Below, in pieces: positions 48,530 through 61,599 of a stretch of DNA of 64,000 nt. Every line of letters starts with the position of its first letter. The first letter of the stretch is position 1. The stretch comes from Lama glama. Its lineage: Eukaryota. The stretch is from contig CM052816.1 in the NCBI GenBank assembly GCA_028534125.1, forward strand, positions 17,672,001 to 17,736,000, given 5' to 3'. The notes below the pieces were generated by a model. It was not told the origin of the DNA. It saw nothing but the letters and a program-made list of their open reading frames with translations, and made no database searches. A program made the translations under genes and the position numbers.

Positions 48530-48940
48530 TTTAGGAAGTGACAGCACATCATTAATCCACATTACTTGACAGGGATTTTCTGTGATGTCCCTCTAATCAG
48601 CCTGATTAATTTATGAAGGAGAGACAGTTATGCAAGAGTGACATCTCTCCTGATCTAAGTAGTTTCTTGTTGACAAATGCAACATTAGTAAGCACGCTAC
48701 AAATCAGAAAGTTGTAAGCCAGGTAGAGTAAATAATTTTTGTTGATGACTTGGTGGGATACTTTAAATTCGTTTAAGTGGTATCATATGCAAAATTCCTA
48801 AGGATCAGAGAGACAGAATGATTTTCTCATTTAGCTAAAGCGTGCATTACCCTTCAGGTAAACATGGTAATGCCATCCTGAGGAAAAAAGGGTAAATAGC
48901 AATAATGATCAGGAAATGATACACTGAACATCAGTAATTA
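48530..48940. promoter_or_regulatory. Candidate conserved non-coding enhancer
   Basis: Repeat-free; multiple TGACA(G) sites, inverted TAATCAG-C-CTGATTA (48594-48608), ATTAAT and TAATTA motifs. Conservation not verified. Confidence 0.45.
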
Positions 48941-51684
48941 GAAGCAGCTCTTGGGACTTCCCCAGGGAGGTAATAGTAAGATGCTCAGGCCTGGAATCCC
49001 TGTGTTGCCCTTTTTCACTAAGAGAGAGTAATCTCATGCCTTTAGCCTCACCACCTTGATTTTAGGAAATGCCCTCATCCCAAGTGGATGGTGATGTGAA
49101 AGCTCTCGTGAGCCTCATCATTGAAGGTACCAGATCAGGCACCGCTTTCCCCCTGTCAGGAGGCTGAGCAGTCACTTTGTGGGGCAGTGGGAACAGATCA
49201 TCGTCTTTGAGTGTCAGTGGCCAAGCCCAAAGAAGTAGTCCAAGTTTATCACCCATGTCCACAGTGTCAGTTACCGAATTTAGGGCATGAAACTACAGAA
49301 TGTCATCTGTTAGTTATGTGTTAAACCAACGTAATCATTAGCCTAAATGAAGTTTCATTAAGGGTGATGTACTCATTAGGCATAAAATGGCTTGAAAAAG
49401 CTTAACTATCATCATTTCTTAGAATAACTCCAACCTTGGCTCAGATGTTTGACTTTCACCCTTGTGCATGAAGCAATCAGCATTTAATTAGTTGAGCACT
49501 TTGGTTTGTTGATTAGAGCACATCCAGGACGTGCATATGGATGACGTTCTGCAAGTCACGTGCTCACAGCCTGCCGCCGCTTTTCTGAGATGGCTTGTCC
49601 AGCCAGTTTCAAAGGCTCACAATGAATATGGATGCTAGTGATTATATACAGAATAACTCTTCTATTCCCATCCTTAGCCTTTACAAAGTTATTTTTGAGT
49701 TTACCGTGACCTGATTTTGCATTCCAGGGAAAGAATGCTTTGCTGTTATTTTCCTTTTCAGAATCTGAGCTCCTCAAACGAAGGAGACATCTCAGCCTGT
49801 GAACATCTCAGTCATTCGCAAATGGAGGAAATGATTTTCGAGCTCAAATAAAGCCTCCAAGTGCTGTTCAACACAATTTTTACTCATTGCTTCTCCCGGA
49901 GGCATTTATACATGCTGGAAACACCAAGAAATTGATATGTCATGTGCATTTGTGTATATATGTTCTTGTGTACGTCTCTATCAGGAGGCATGAAATCAGG
50001 TCTCAAGTGGAGCTGCATACCGGCTTGTCCTGAGTTTTGGTCTGGCTTCCCTGGTTTGTCCTCTCGCATGATGCCGTCTGGTTTTCTGTTCTATTTCCAA
50101 TACAAGAAGGACATTAAACACACATGCATATATGCAGTATATGCACATGACAAGTGCTTTTTCCAGATTGTGAATGAGCAGACAACTCTCCCTACTCCCA
50201 CTCCTCCTTTTACTCATCATTTTACTTTCTCCTTTTCACCATTCTGTTACTCGCTTTTCGGTCTGTTGGAACTGGAAGTCCCGAGGATTTGCTGCGGTAA
50301 CAGGAGGCTGAGCTGTCATGAGAGACTGAGTCGTGAGCGTGGGATCAGGATTATTTGGAAATGACGGCATCCAATGATGCAGAGCTGTGTTCTGCTTATA
50401 TGGTGGGCAGCACATTGTGCCTTGATGCCCAGAGCATCTCTGTGCGATGCCGTGAGCATCTTCACTCCCCTGAGGAGCTGCCGGGCAGAGGACCAAGGTC
50501 TGGGCAACACATGGGGATCTTGACCGGGCTGAGGGTCTGCATGGTCTGCTCTGATGCAGTTTCAGTGTCTGTGTAAGTCACGTGGGTCTTCTTTTTTATT
50601 TCCCCTGCCGTGGAATGAAACTGACTCTATTAATAATACAGATTCTTTGGAGCTGCAGGACAGTTGATGTTATGAAATGATGAAGACAGAGAGACAGAAT
50701 GTACCATTCACTGTAGTCTTTGTCCATATTGGGATTAAGCAGCCTTTCTCATGGGTACAGAATTGCGTTTTCTTTTCCTTTTCATTTTTTCCAGGGGAAA
50801 GCTTCTATTGCCTTATTTGTTCAAGTGAAGTGTGTACATGAGGTATTTTCAAATGTTAACATTGGGATTGGCACCAAGGCCTGGATTACATCCCAGATGT
50901 GGCATCTCTGGGACTCAGCTAATAAGGTTCTGTTTATATTAGCAAGGAGAATATTAAAATTCACCACAAAACAGCTTGAAATGATACAGTGGCTTTGTTT
51001 CTAAGGCATAACAGGAATGAAGCACATTATTAATTTAGGAACAGCTAGGTAGAGCTGTCTTCCTCCCTACTTAGAATTAAGCGATGAGAATGGGCGTTTG
51101 TGAAATTGACTGAATGCTCTTCAGGGGATGCTTGTTAAAATCCTAACCTCGTTCCAGAGTTTTGTAGTGGATTCATTATCAGCTATAATCTTATTAGGAC
51201 TGTTTTGTTTGGTAATCACCATTCTATTCATGGTGCTCCTACATGTGCATCATGCCTCTCTGTTGGTCCAGGCCTTCTGGTCTCTTCTGTTCCCATGAAT
51301 TAATTCCTCTCCTTTTCTGTCAGTCACATCCCTCACTCGCTCTGTCACTCAGTATTGGGCATTGTCTTACTGATGCCTTTTTTCTTACTGGGCCAACTCA
51401 AGAGGACAGTTGCTCCATGTCTACACTGTTCCTTTTAATTTTTTTTCCCCCAGGAAAACTATATTCTAAAGATGTTGGTGGAAAGCTTGTCCAGTGCATT
51501 GGGAAACAGAGCAGGCTTAACTCAACAGATCTGATTTCTATTCATAGTGTCGTCATCTCAGCCCCTCACTTCATATTAATGGTGTGATGAGCAGAGGCGT
51601 CCTTACAGAAATTCTGGTCTCAACCCAGAGAGGTTTTCTAACCACTCTAAGCCCCTGCTTCCTTGTTTATAAAAGAGGGATTCA

Positions 51685-52815
51685 TAAACCCATCCATCTA
51701 TGCATCCTTCCCTTCACTGAGTAGTTAGGTTACCTCTTGTGTGCCAACTAGTGTTCTGGTATGATAGTCCTGCATGTACAGCAGTGAACAGACAAATGCC
51801 TGCCTTCATGAGCTTAGATTCTGGCAAGGGAGACAGTCAAGAGTCAAGCTAAATAAGTAAAATCTATAATCTTTTAGTACAAGTACCAAGGAGGAAAAAT
51901 AAGACCAGATGGAGATATAAAGTGGGGAGTTAATAACCTTACTTGTGTGTAGGGGTAGTTTGACATTTTGGAAAGTCACACTGAGAAAGTGACAAAGAGC
52001 AAAGACCAGAGGGAGTGACAAGTCGGGTGAAAGGGTTACTGGGAAGAGGGAGCAGCAGTAACAAAGGCCCAAAGGAGCGAGTGAGCCTGGCTTATCAGAG
52101 GAATTGCAGGAACTTCTGAAGGAGAGGGAACAGAGAGGGGAGTGTCAGGAAATGAGAACGGAAGTGATGGGCCATGTAAGGGTAGGAAGGCTTTGACTTT
52201 ACTCTGAAGGGGGTCAAAGGGCAGAAGAAGGGAGACCACTTAGGAGACTTGTTCTGGCGTAGCCTGGGATGACGGTGGCTTGGACCAGGGTGGTGCTGGT
52301 GGGGACGGTAAGAGGAATTTGAATTCTGGCAGTGTTTTGGTGGATCTGCCGATGGACTGTCATGGGGTGAGACTGTGGGAGGAGCTGGCTTGCCTCGGGA
52401 AGGTCAGGAGTTCCCTTTAGGACACATTAGAAGTTCAAATGTTGATTGTTGGAGATACTGGTCTGACTATCAGGCAGGGACCCAAGTTGGACATGTGAAG
52501 GTTTGGGGCATCATCAGCCTATCTTGGTGTAGAGAACCATGATTTTGGGTGAGATTGCCCTGGGAGTGAATGTAGGCAGAAAAGCGCAGAGGTCTGATGA
52601 ATAAGACTGATGACTCAGGTCCCCCAACATTCAGAAGTTAGGAACATGAGGAAGAAGCATTAGAAGAGGCTGAGAAGAAATTTCTCAAGAGTGGGGGGAA
52701 ACCGGGAGAGTGTGGAGCCCTGGAAGCCAAGCAGAGAAAGTATTCAAGGGAGAGGAGATCAGCTGGGTTAAAGGTGGCTGGTGGGGCAAGTAAAATAAGG
52801 ACTTAGGTCTGACAA
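51685..52815 (-). mobile_element. L2 LINE fragment (~1.1 kb)
   Basis: cagcagtgaacagacaaatgcctgccttcatgagcttagattct...gtggcttggaccagggtgg...catcatcagc...ggaagccaagcagagaaagtattcaagg. Confidence 0.85.
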
Positions 52816-53339
52816 GGTTTAAGCAGTGGCCACCGATAGCTGAGAGCCATCCTTGACATCATCAACCTTTGCTCAAGAAATTAGCTCTCTGGTTACTCAG
52901 GCAAACCAGCAGGCTCTTTCCTGACGAGCCTGGACCTTAGTAATAATATACAGAACAAAACAAACCATGGCTTGGAAGAGAATCCATGAGGTGAGGTGCT
53001 GGGGCCTGAATGGTGTTAATGAAACCAAAGACACATGTCAGACTGACACACATTCTTCTGTAGCATGAGGTCTTCATACTAATGCCCAGGCTGGTTCTGT
53101 GATAGGTAACTGTCATCTGATGGAAGGCAGCAGTGACTTACGTCCTCTGGGTCATAATGTGACAGGATCCACTGACTCAGGATCTGAGGAAGATGAGTCT
53201 CCCTTCTCCCTTAAAAGTTCAGTGTGAATGATGTAAAACTCAATGGACAGAACACTGGACTAGAATTCACAAGCCAAAAATAAACCATAGTCATTGGAAG
53301 GTCTTTGGCATGTGGTTACTGCAGCAGTACAAAAAGGAT

Positions 53340-54337
53340 GATTTTGCAGATGGTGCTGGGAGATTTTGCAAAATACTTTAAGATAGGTTGTTCTCTCACA
53401 TATACCACTAAAACACATTTAGTCAGATTGTTAAATATTTATTCATAAGAGTTACGTATAAAAATTAACATATAAAAGAGGAAGTCTCGACTGAATTTGC
53501 ATCTAATCTATGAACACTAGGTTTTAAAAGTAAAGCCAGAAGGTTTGAATACATTAAAATTAAAATATTATCTATGTCAAAATAAAACACAAAACAAATT
53601 AAGAAAAATATCACCACAAGTAAGTCAAAGAGATGATAGCCTTAATATACAAAAAGCACTTACACATTAATAAAAATACTAAAACTTTACAAGATGGACA
53701 AATACATGAATATGAAATTTCATGGAAGAAATATATACAAATAATTAATATGAAAAAATGCTCAACTTCATTGGCATTCAAAGAAATATAAAATAAAAAG
53801 ATGTAATCTTTCTTCTGTTGTTAGCCTATATTTTTAAAAAGATAATATTTTTCTCCTCTCTCCTTTTGACAGCTCTTTATCCAGCCCTTCAATGTGTTAA
53901 GTACTGTGCTAGGCACCATATACATTCTGGAAAGCAATTCATCATACACCGAGAATTAAAAATAAATAAATAACCATTTGCTCTGTTAAACGGTAATTCA
54001 TCCTTTAACAGTCTGTCCTAAAAACAAATTTGAAATGAAGACAAAGGCATATGTAGAAATGACATTTATTGCAGCATTATTTATAACACCAACATTTGGT
54101 AAAAAGTTATGATGAATTAATTCTGGTACTACCATATGATGGAGTACTATGGAACGTTTAACATCACATTCTCAATAATTAGGACCTAAGAAAAGTGAAA
54201 ACATTGGCACACAGCAAGGTTTATATTGTATGACCCCAATTTTGTAAAATTTAAATATTGATGTGATTATTAGAAAAACACCAAAATGTGAAAATGCTTA
54301 TTTATGATTGGTGGCATTTCCAATTATCTTACCTTCC

Positions 54338-54396
<59 letters not shown>

Positions 54397-54415
54397 TTTC
54401 TTATTTAAAGTCTCA
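53340..54415 (+). mobile_element. Old L1 (L1ME-like) ORF2 end and 3' UTR
   Basis: A-rich block: atgaaaaaatgctcaacttcattggcattcaaagaaatataaaataaaa...atttattgcagcattatttataa...gatggagtactatg. Confidence 0.7.
54341..54393. repeat. (TA)26 microsatellite
   Basis: Direct observation, uninterrupted. Confidence 0.95.
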
Positions 54416-54424
54416 ATAATAGCA

Positions 54425-54660
54425 GCGATGATGATGATTGAAATAATGTTTACTGAGTCTTTACAATGAGTCAGGTGCTGAATCAAGAATGTCACATAGA
54501 TTATCTCATTTAATGGCTACAACTAGGCTGTAAGCTGGGACATGTTACCATCTCTGTTTTCACGGATGTGGAGACCGAATCCGGGAAGTTAAGCAGCTTG
54601 CCCAGGGCTAAACAGCTGTTAGGAACTGGTGCTGGGCTTGCATCCACTTAGTGGGTCCTC
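54425..54660 (-). mobile_element. MIR SINE
   Basis: atgtttactgagt...attatctcatttaat...gaagttaagcagcttgcccagggctaaacagct. Confidence 0.8.
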
Positions 54661-54849
54661 ATCTCCTGCGGATTGCCTCTCAATGAAAATGCTTTACTGT
54701 GATAATCAGAAAAGAAGAGTTGTACAAATCATCTCTTAAAAGAATATAATGTGTTCCCAGATTTTATTTTTAAGCTTGTCTATTTTTGTAGGGAAGTAGT
54801 ATCAGAATTTTTCTCTTATAGTGGAAACTGGAATTTGAGTATCTACTCT

Positions 54850-55040
54850 CTGCCCAGCATGCCACATGCATTATCTTATTTAATCCTCTGAATGTCCTTG
54901 GACGGGAGATGTTATGATACGTATCCTGACTTTATGCATGAGAAGACTGACCCGGAGAGGCACAGTGCCTTGTCCGTGATCACAAAGCTTGTGCAGAGTG
55001 GAGCTGGGACTCTGAGTAATTCTATTTCCTTTCTAAGCAG
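54850..55040 (-). mobile_element. MIR SINE
   Basis: cacatgcattatcttatttaatcctc...atgagaagactgacccggagagg...gatcacaaagct. Confidence 0.75.
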
Positions 55041-55524
55041 ATACCCTCGTATGACACCCCCCTGGGGTAGCATGGCTTTCCTGTGGGTATTTGCTGAGCA
55101 ATATCTTTTTAGTGGAGTGACATCAGCAGACATCAGCAGTTTGCTCAGGGCAAGTCTCTCATTCTGATGCCTGGTGACCCTGAAAACGCCAGCATCTACA
55201 GGGTCCAGAGTAGGTTTTGGTTGTGTTATTGGAGAGATTCATGCAGGGCTTGAATGGGGCTTTGCAGAATCAGTGAGCTTCCCAGAGTGGTCTAAAGGGC
55301 CTGAGATCCTGACTGTGTTGTCAAGATGACGGTGATGGTCCTCTCAGGGGTATCTTGCACAAAACATTCTCTTGAGGTCCTAGAGCAACTTGAGTCATAC
55401 TCCTCGCCTGGGTCCGCCAGCTTCCTGTGTTATTTTCAGCGCTGGAGGTCAGTTTTCATAAAGCTGGCTGTGGATCGTCTCATGAACTAGACCAATTTTT
55501 GCAATCTCCTGGAGGCCAAGATTC

Positions 55525-56300
55525 CTTAACTCAGCAGGTACACACCAAACTCATAGTGCATGTGGGACACCCTGTTGAGTTTTGGCCATGCAGTGATGAC
55601 AGAAACAAGCAGGGCTCTTGCTTTCCTGGAGCTTATAGTTAAGGGAGGAGACATAGTAATCAAATGATCATGTAGGTAAATGTAGTGTTTAAACAGTGAT
55701 GAGTGTCAACTATATACACAGTGCTCTGGAAGGTTATTAAAGGAAGATTTGACATATTTAGAGATGAGCCTGGGAGGGCTCCCTGTGAATGTTGCTTTGG
55801 AGCTGAAACTTGAAGGAGCTGAATCAGTAAAGCAGCAAGGAAAAGCATTGCAGCTACAAGGAATAGCATGTTGAAATGTCCTCTCATGGAAGGTAGTGGG
55901 ATAAGTAAGAGGGTTTGGAAGAAGGCCAGAGTACAGAGAGCAAGGGGAAGGGGTAGGAGATGAGGAGGAGGGACTGGCTGGGGCTAGGCACACAGGGCCA
56001 GGCAGAGCATCTTAAGGAGTGTGGTCCTTATCCTAGCAGCAATGGGAGCCCACTGGAAGCTTTTCCAGTGGGTGTGGAGGGTTGGATGACATATTTACAA
56101 TCTGAAAAAGCACCCACTGGCTGCCAGGTGGAAGATGCATTTGACAAGGAGGGCTGTGGTTTGGTGTCTGCCGTTGGGAGGTTGTTGTCAGAGATCAGCC
56201 TGCGGTTGGGCTGGGAGGGAGTTCCCCAGGGAGATGGACTCAGTGTAGGGGAGAGAGCAGGGGCCACTGAGGCTGTGATTGATGAGATAATGGGTAGTAA
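55525..56300 (-). mobile_element. L2 LINE fragment
   Basis: ggagcttatagttaagggaggagaca...gagctgaaacttgaagga...gcaatgggagcccactggaagcttt. Confidence 0.8.
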
Positions 56301-56489
56301 AGGAGAGCTTCTGAGGCTCCAATTTCTTGGTATCCTTTACAACTTTTGGCATTATTCTGGGCACACAGTAAGTGTTAATTCAATTGACTCAGGGACACTT
56401 GAGTGGCCTGAAAGAGTAGTTCTCTTCCTTCAGTAGCTTTTCTCACTTCCTCAGGGCAGGGCATCTTAGTTACCTTAACTCCCAACCCC

Positions 56490-57189
56490 TCTTCAGATGC
56501 CAATCTTAGGTCTATGTTATCACCTGGGCTTCTGATCAACCAGCTGTAGATTTGTGGTTCCTAGCACCCCCAACTTGGGTTCATTTAATTTGCTAGAGCA
56601 ACTGATAAAAGTCAGAGAAACATTTTGCTTACCAGATTACCAGTTTATTATACAAGGATATAAGTCAGGAACAACCAGGTGGAAGAGAAGCATAGGACAA
56701 GGTGTGGGGCAAGTGGGAAGAATGTCCATGGTTTCTCCAAAAGCACCACCCTCCCTGCTTCTTCCTGGGTTCACCCACCTGGAAACTCTCCAAACCACAT
56801 CCTTTTGGGTTTTTAATGGAAGTTTCATTACATACTCATGATAGATTAAATCATTGACCATGGGTGATTGAACCTTGTTCCATTTTGGTAAACAAACGTG
56901 TGTAAAATTCCTTCATCTGCATTGTTGGGAACACATAGTTTTTGTGCTTGGGAAACAAGCCTATTTTCATGTCCTGAAAGGCCTTCACTCAATATAGCCC
57001 TTACAGTGCATAGCCCCTACCCTCTCCCCTCCGTGGAGCCACCATCCTTAGGTCTTTTCCAAAAGTCACCCCATTAATATAACAAAAGACGCCTATGTTG
57101 CTCTCATTACTTAGGAAATTCCAGTGGTTTAGGAGCTTTGTGCTAGAAATGGGGTTGAAGACCATACTTAATATAAATCACAGTATACA
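56490..57189 (-). mobile_element. MER21(C)-like LTR
   Basis: cttcagatgccaat...taatttgctagagc...ccagtttattatacaaggata...attaaatcattgacc...ttaggaaattccagtggtttaggagct...aatataaatcacagtataca. Confidence 0.8.
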
Positions 57190-58609
57190 TGGCGGTACAT
57201 GTGATTCTGCAAATTCACTACCATCCACAGTGCTAACATCTGTGTCCCTGGCGTGGAGGAGTGTATACCAGCTGTCTATGGAGGGATGTTACCTTGCAGC
57301 ATCCAACCAACATGTACTCAGAACTCTTTTCTTATTTCCAAGTATAGGGGGTAGTGAACCTGGCTGAGCTGAGGCACATTCCTTGGAGCGGACAGTTTGG
57401 GTGATGTCTGATGTAAAGTGCACACATCTGGAAATGTGGGCCACCCCCATGTCATGCCATACCCACTAGCAGCTGTCCAGTCTGAAGGCTGACCTGCTGG
57501 AGCCTGTGGCCACATCAGGCAGCCCTCATTCCTGGCTCCCAGCCTTCATCCATTGCCCTGGTTCCCACATCTTTTTTGCCTCCTGCCTCGTGGGGATGAT
57601 AGTGACGTTTGGGCTGCATCTCAGCTAATTCCACAGTCACCTGTGTGCTTTGTTAAGATACTTTTTTAAAAACTTGGTATTAGGCAAAACCAGAGCTCTG
57701 CAAAGTTACCTTTTAAAATATCTGTGAATTTCAGGTAAATTGCTAATTGCCTATATCAGGGCAGGTTGGCAGGGTGGTACCTGTAGAGAGTGCCTTCCCT
57801 GGAATCCATGCAACTATGTGGGCAGAGAATCATTACAGTCAGAAAGTTATAGTTAAAACTTAGAGCAGGGGATATCGGAGAGCTGTGCACAGGCGGTGGG
57901 TATGCTTTCAGTGAAGGGGAAGGGAAAGGAGAGGCCAGATCAGCTTACACACTTCAGTTTTTTAAGAGGGTCATTTTACATCGTTAGAGTGAGAAGAAAA
58001 CAAAAGGAGTGATGGATGACGCCTCTGCTGCGTGGTGAATTTAATCACGGGCTGCTGCCAGGCTGTTCTGTCTACCTAATTCACATGTTGGACATGGGGG
58101 GAGCCTGAATCATGTTGGGGAGAGGCTGCTCTTAGAACTTTGTTTTCATTATGGTTAAACCTGTCGACCCTGACCAGGCAGGACTGGGGCCCTTATGCTA
58201 CCGTACTCAGTGTTGGCATCCTTTCCAGAAGTCTCTGGCCAAAAATGGGACTGTAGCTGCTGGCCCAAAAAGTGGTGTTTATGGAGGGGTCAGAGGGAAT
58301 CTTTCTGCTGAGTCCTCGTTTTCCTCTGGACCTGGATGGATAGTGATCAGAAGGGGCTCTTCAGTAGAGGGCTGAGAGCTACCTTCCTGGAGGGAAGTCA
58401 AGTGGGGCTTGATGGAGGGAACAGGCATCTGAGATAGGAGCCAGGAGGGAGCAGGGAGGAAGACTTGGCTCTGCTCTGTGAAATCCTGGAGGGCAGGGCC
58501 TTCCGGATGTCTCCCTCTGCCCAGCACAGGGCGGCCCAGGGCTGAGTCTGGGGAAAGTGAAGATTTGTTGCCCCCATATACTGCTCCGCCCTCATCTCTG
58601 CATGGCCAC

Positions 58610-58948
58610 CTGACCCTCTCTGTTCTGACAAGACTGAATCGCTGCAGTTCCACTGACAGGCCTGGCTCCTGGGCCATTGGACATGCTGTTCCCTCTGCCT
58701 GAAACACTCTTCCACCCCCTTGGTCTGAGTAACACTCTCTAGTCCTTCGTGTCTCAGCTTCCCTTGGGCAGCCCTCCCAGCTCCAATGTGGACTCCCCTA
58801 GACACACTGTGCCCCCCTGTGCTGTCACCCTTCTCACACAGTTCTTGGTTGCCTGCTCACTTGTCTGTCTGTCCCCTGTGCCCCTTGAGAGCTGGGCACA
58901 GTGCCAGACATAGTCAATACTTACTGCCTTTTTTAACGAATGAATGAC
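58610..58948 (+). mobile_element. L2 3' end
   Basis: gggccattggacatgctgttccctctgcctgaaacactctt...gcacagtgccagacatagtc...gaatgaatga. Confidence 0.8.
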
Positions 58949-59909
58949 CAAGGCTCTTCAATATTGCTTCTCTCCCTTTGGTGATGAAAAAAGGTGATTG
59001 ATTCTAAAGTGTGTGGGACAAGAGGTTGCTCTTGCGTCCAACTCTTTTTCCATCTATGGGTGATACTGTACAGAGTGGCTAGTCCAGGCTGTACCCCTGC
59101 TTCTATGCATACTCAGACTGAAACAGGCACATTGGTGTATTGGGTACACAAAAACCAAGACCTCAAGCAGCTTGTGAATTAAGTGAGCAATTAAACGTTT
59201 CCCCATTCAGCCTAACAGAGTGGGGTATACATTTTTTGGGAGGGGTGTGGAGGAGGAAGTTTGGCAGGGGAGCCTCAGACGTGCCCACAGGAAAGGAGAG
59301 CAGACACAGGGCCGTTTGGGGCTGAGGTAGCCTGGTAGGTTATCTACACGATCGCAATGTCATCTCTCATCCATTCTCATTTCCACACTATTAAATCTGC
59401 CTTTTCTAACGTATCCTTAAAGGGGAAATAAATTACCAGTACATATAGCCCACCATGTTATTACCGCTAATGTAACTTCTCAGGGGCAGCCAGGCGCCAT
59501 TCATATTTCATAGTCCTTGGCACCCCCAAAGCTATATTGAGCTATCAAGTATTCATGGACACCATCCAGACCTCCTATTTTTCTCTGCTGGTTGTACCCA
59601 AAGGTTTGAGGGCAGAATTAAGTGCCGGCTGCTTTACTACAGGGGGCTTCAGCTCTGTTCTTCTCATCCTTTTCTTAATTGGGTTATTTCATCAAAGGCA
59701 GGCGCCAGGCACGGCTTATAAAAGAATTCTTGTGATATTCTCTGCTGACGGCCCATTATAGGTCTGTCTCATTTCATTTGCTAGAGAATGGTGCTGGGGG
59801 TGGTTGGTTCTGGGTCAGTCCCTGGGCTGACCAGATGTTTCTCCTCCAATGCTTTCTGCTTTGTCTAGTGCTTCCACTGCCCACTTTAACTGGGAAACTG
59901 GACATCTGA

Positions 59910-60650
59910 ATATCTCCTCTCGATCCATCAACCTCTATCTAGCCAAAGCATCCCATCAATACCCAAAGCCTATTTATTGGGTCACCTCCAGGATGTACGC
60001 TGAGTCTGTCCACATTACATCATCTCTGCTGCCTCCGCTCTCCCCCACCATCTCTTGTCTGGACTATTGTGGTAACCTCCTGGTTGGCCCATCTGCTTCT
60101 TGTCTTGCTCTGTCCAGTCCATTTGCCCCAGAACCATCCCAGTGACACCGTCTTTTTTCTTATAACTAGTATATTTTAAAATGTACATCTCTACCTGTCA
60201 ACCAGCCTTAACATAGCTGTGTCAGTTTCATATCATTTACTTAAAGAAAAAGATCATAGATTTGTTAGTGAAGACCCCAGGAGGATCTTCCCAGATACCA
60301 TTTCCTTCTTTCCTCCTGAGAGGTAACGACAATCCTGAATTTCTCATTGTATGCTTTCTGTTGTGTGTGTATATTTTTTTTACTATGGATGTATCCGTAA
60401 GTGGACATATATACTATCATTTTGTATGTTCTAAACTTCACATTATGGTATCATACTGTGCTTTTTCATCTCAACATTTTCTGAGGTTTATCCGTGTTGA
60501 TTCATGTAGTTCTAACTCATTCACTTTAGCTGCTGGGTGGTAGCCTGTTGTGTACACAGTTTATTTGCCCATCCTTCTGTTGATGGTTATTGAGTCATCT
60601 TTCTAAAGTATACATCAGGTTGTATTTCTTCCTTGCTGAAACACTTCGGT
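59910..60650 (+). mobile_element. L2 fragment interrupted by an old L1M fragment (~60150-60590, - strand)
   Basis: L2 caccatctcttgtctggactattgtggtaacctcctggttggcc, resuming gagtcatcttttctaaa; the insert has ctgaggtttatccgtgttgattcatgtagttctaactcattcac (L1M). Confidence 0.7.
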
Positions 60651-61599
60651 CCCTGAGAGGCGGCTGTCCCAGGGCATGTGGCCTCGGTTGTGCCCAGGCT
60701 AGTGACTGCACAGCCCAACACAAGCAGACACCAAGAGGGGAGGCAGGCTTGGGAGTGGGAGAAATCCTCTAATTTAGGCTAACTCTAGACTTCTCTTTAT
60801 TCTCGCCTGGCAGTGGCTGCTCTTGGTGGGTAAATAACAGATCACATTGGACTAGGGTGCCCTGGACTTGAGGTCTAGGGAGCTCTGTTTGTATTCTTCT
60901 GATGGGCTTTCACACATGCCAGGCTCTCCTGCAAGAGAGTAGGAGAGTCCCTCCACGCAGGATGCAGCCCTGGGAAGGAGGTACTCCAAGCTTGTTTTGT
61001 ATTCTCTACTCTCTTTTTGATCCCCCCTTTCCTATATCTCTTTCATGGGGACTAGTGATGAGTTTGTTGCATACAGATATGGGGAATTTTCTGGAGCCAA
61101 GCATCTCAGCTTTAATTAAGACTTATGGACTTTAGGGACTGCTCCCCTCAAAATACTCTGCTCCCTATTGTCTACAGTGACTTTGTCTGAAGGCAGTAAG
61201 GCCCAGTCAGTGGTGTGAGTGAGCCCATTTTCCATAATGAAAAGGCAGCTCCAAGCTCATTCCACCTTGGGGGCCATTGATACTGTGTGGAGACTGGAGG
61301 GTTATGGTTGACCTACTGATACTGAAAGTCAGGTTCTACAGTCCTTGAAAAGGAGATTTGTGATTCATGCAAGGGTTTTGAACCACCAAATGAAACCTAG
61401 CTAATTTTAAACCAAGGCTTATATGTCCAAAATATAAGTAGCTCAAACTTCTCAGCCTAGGCCCCCAGTAGGTGCGATGTCGTGGAGTTCACGGTCAGAG
61501 TTCCCATCATATAGTGGACCTTATTTGGACACAAGTGGATACGAGATTCTGTAGTTTGCTTAGTGAGGATTATAGAAAAAAAGGACAGAGGAAAAGGAA

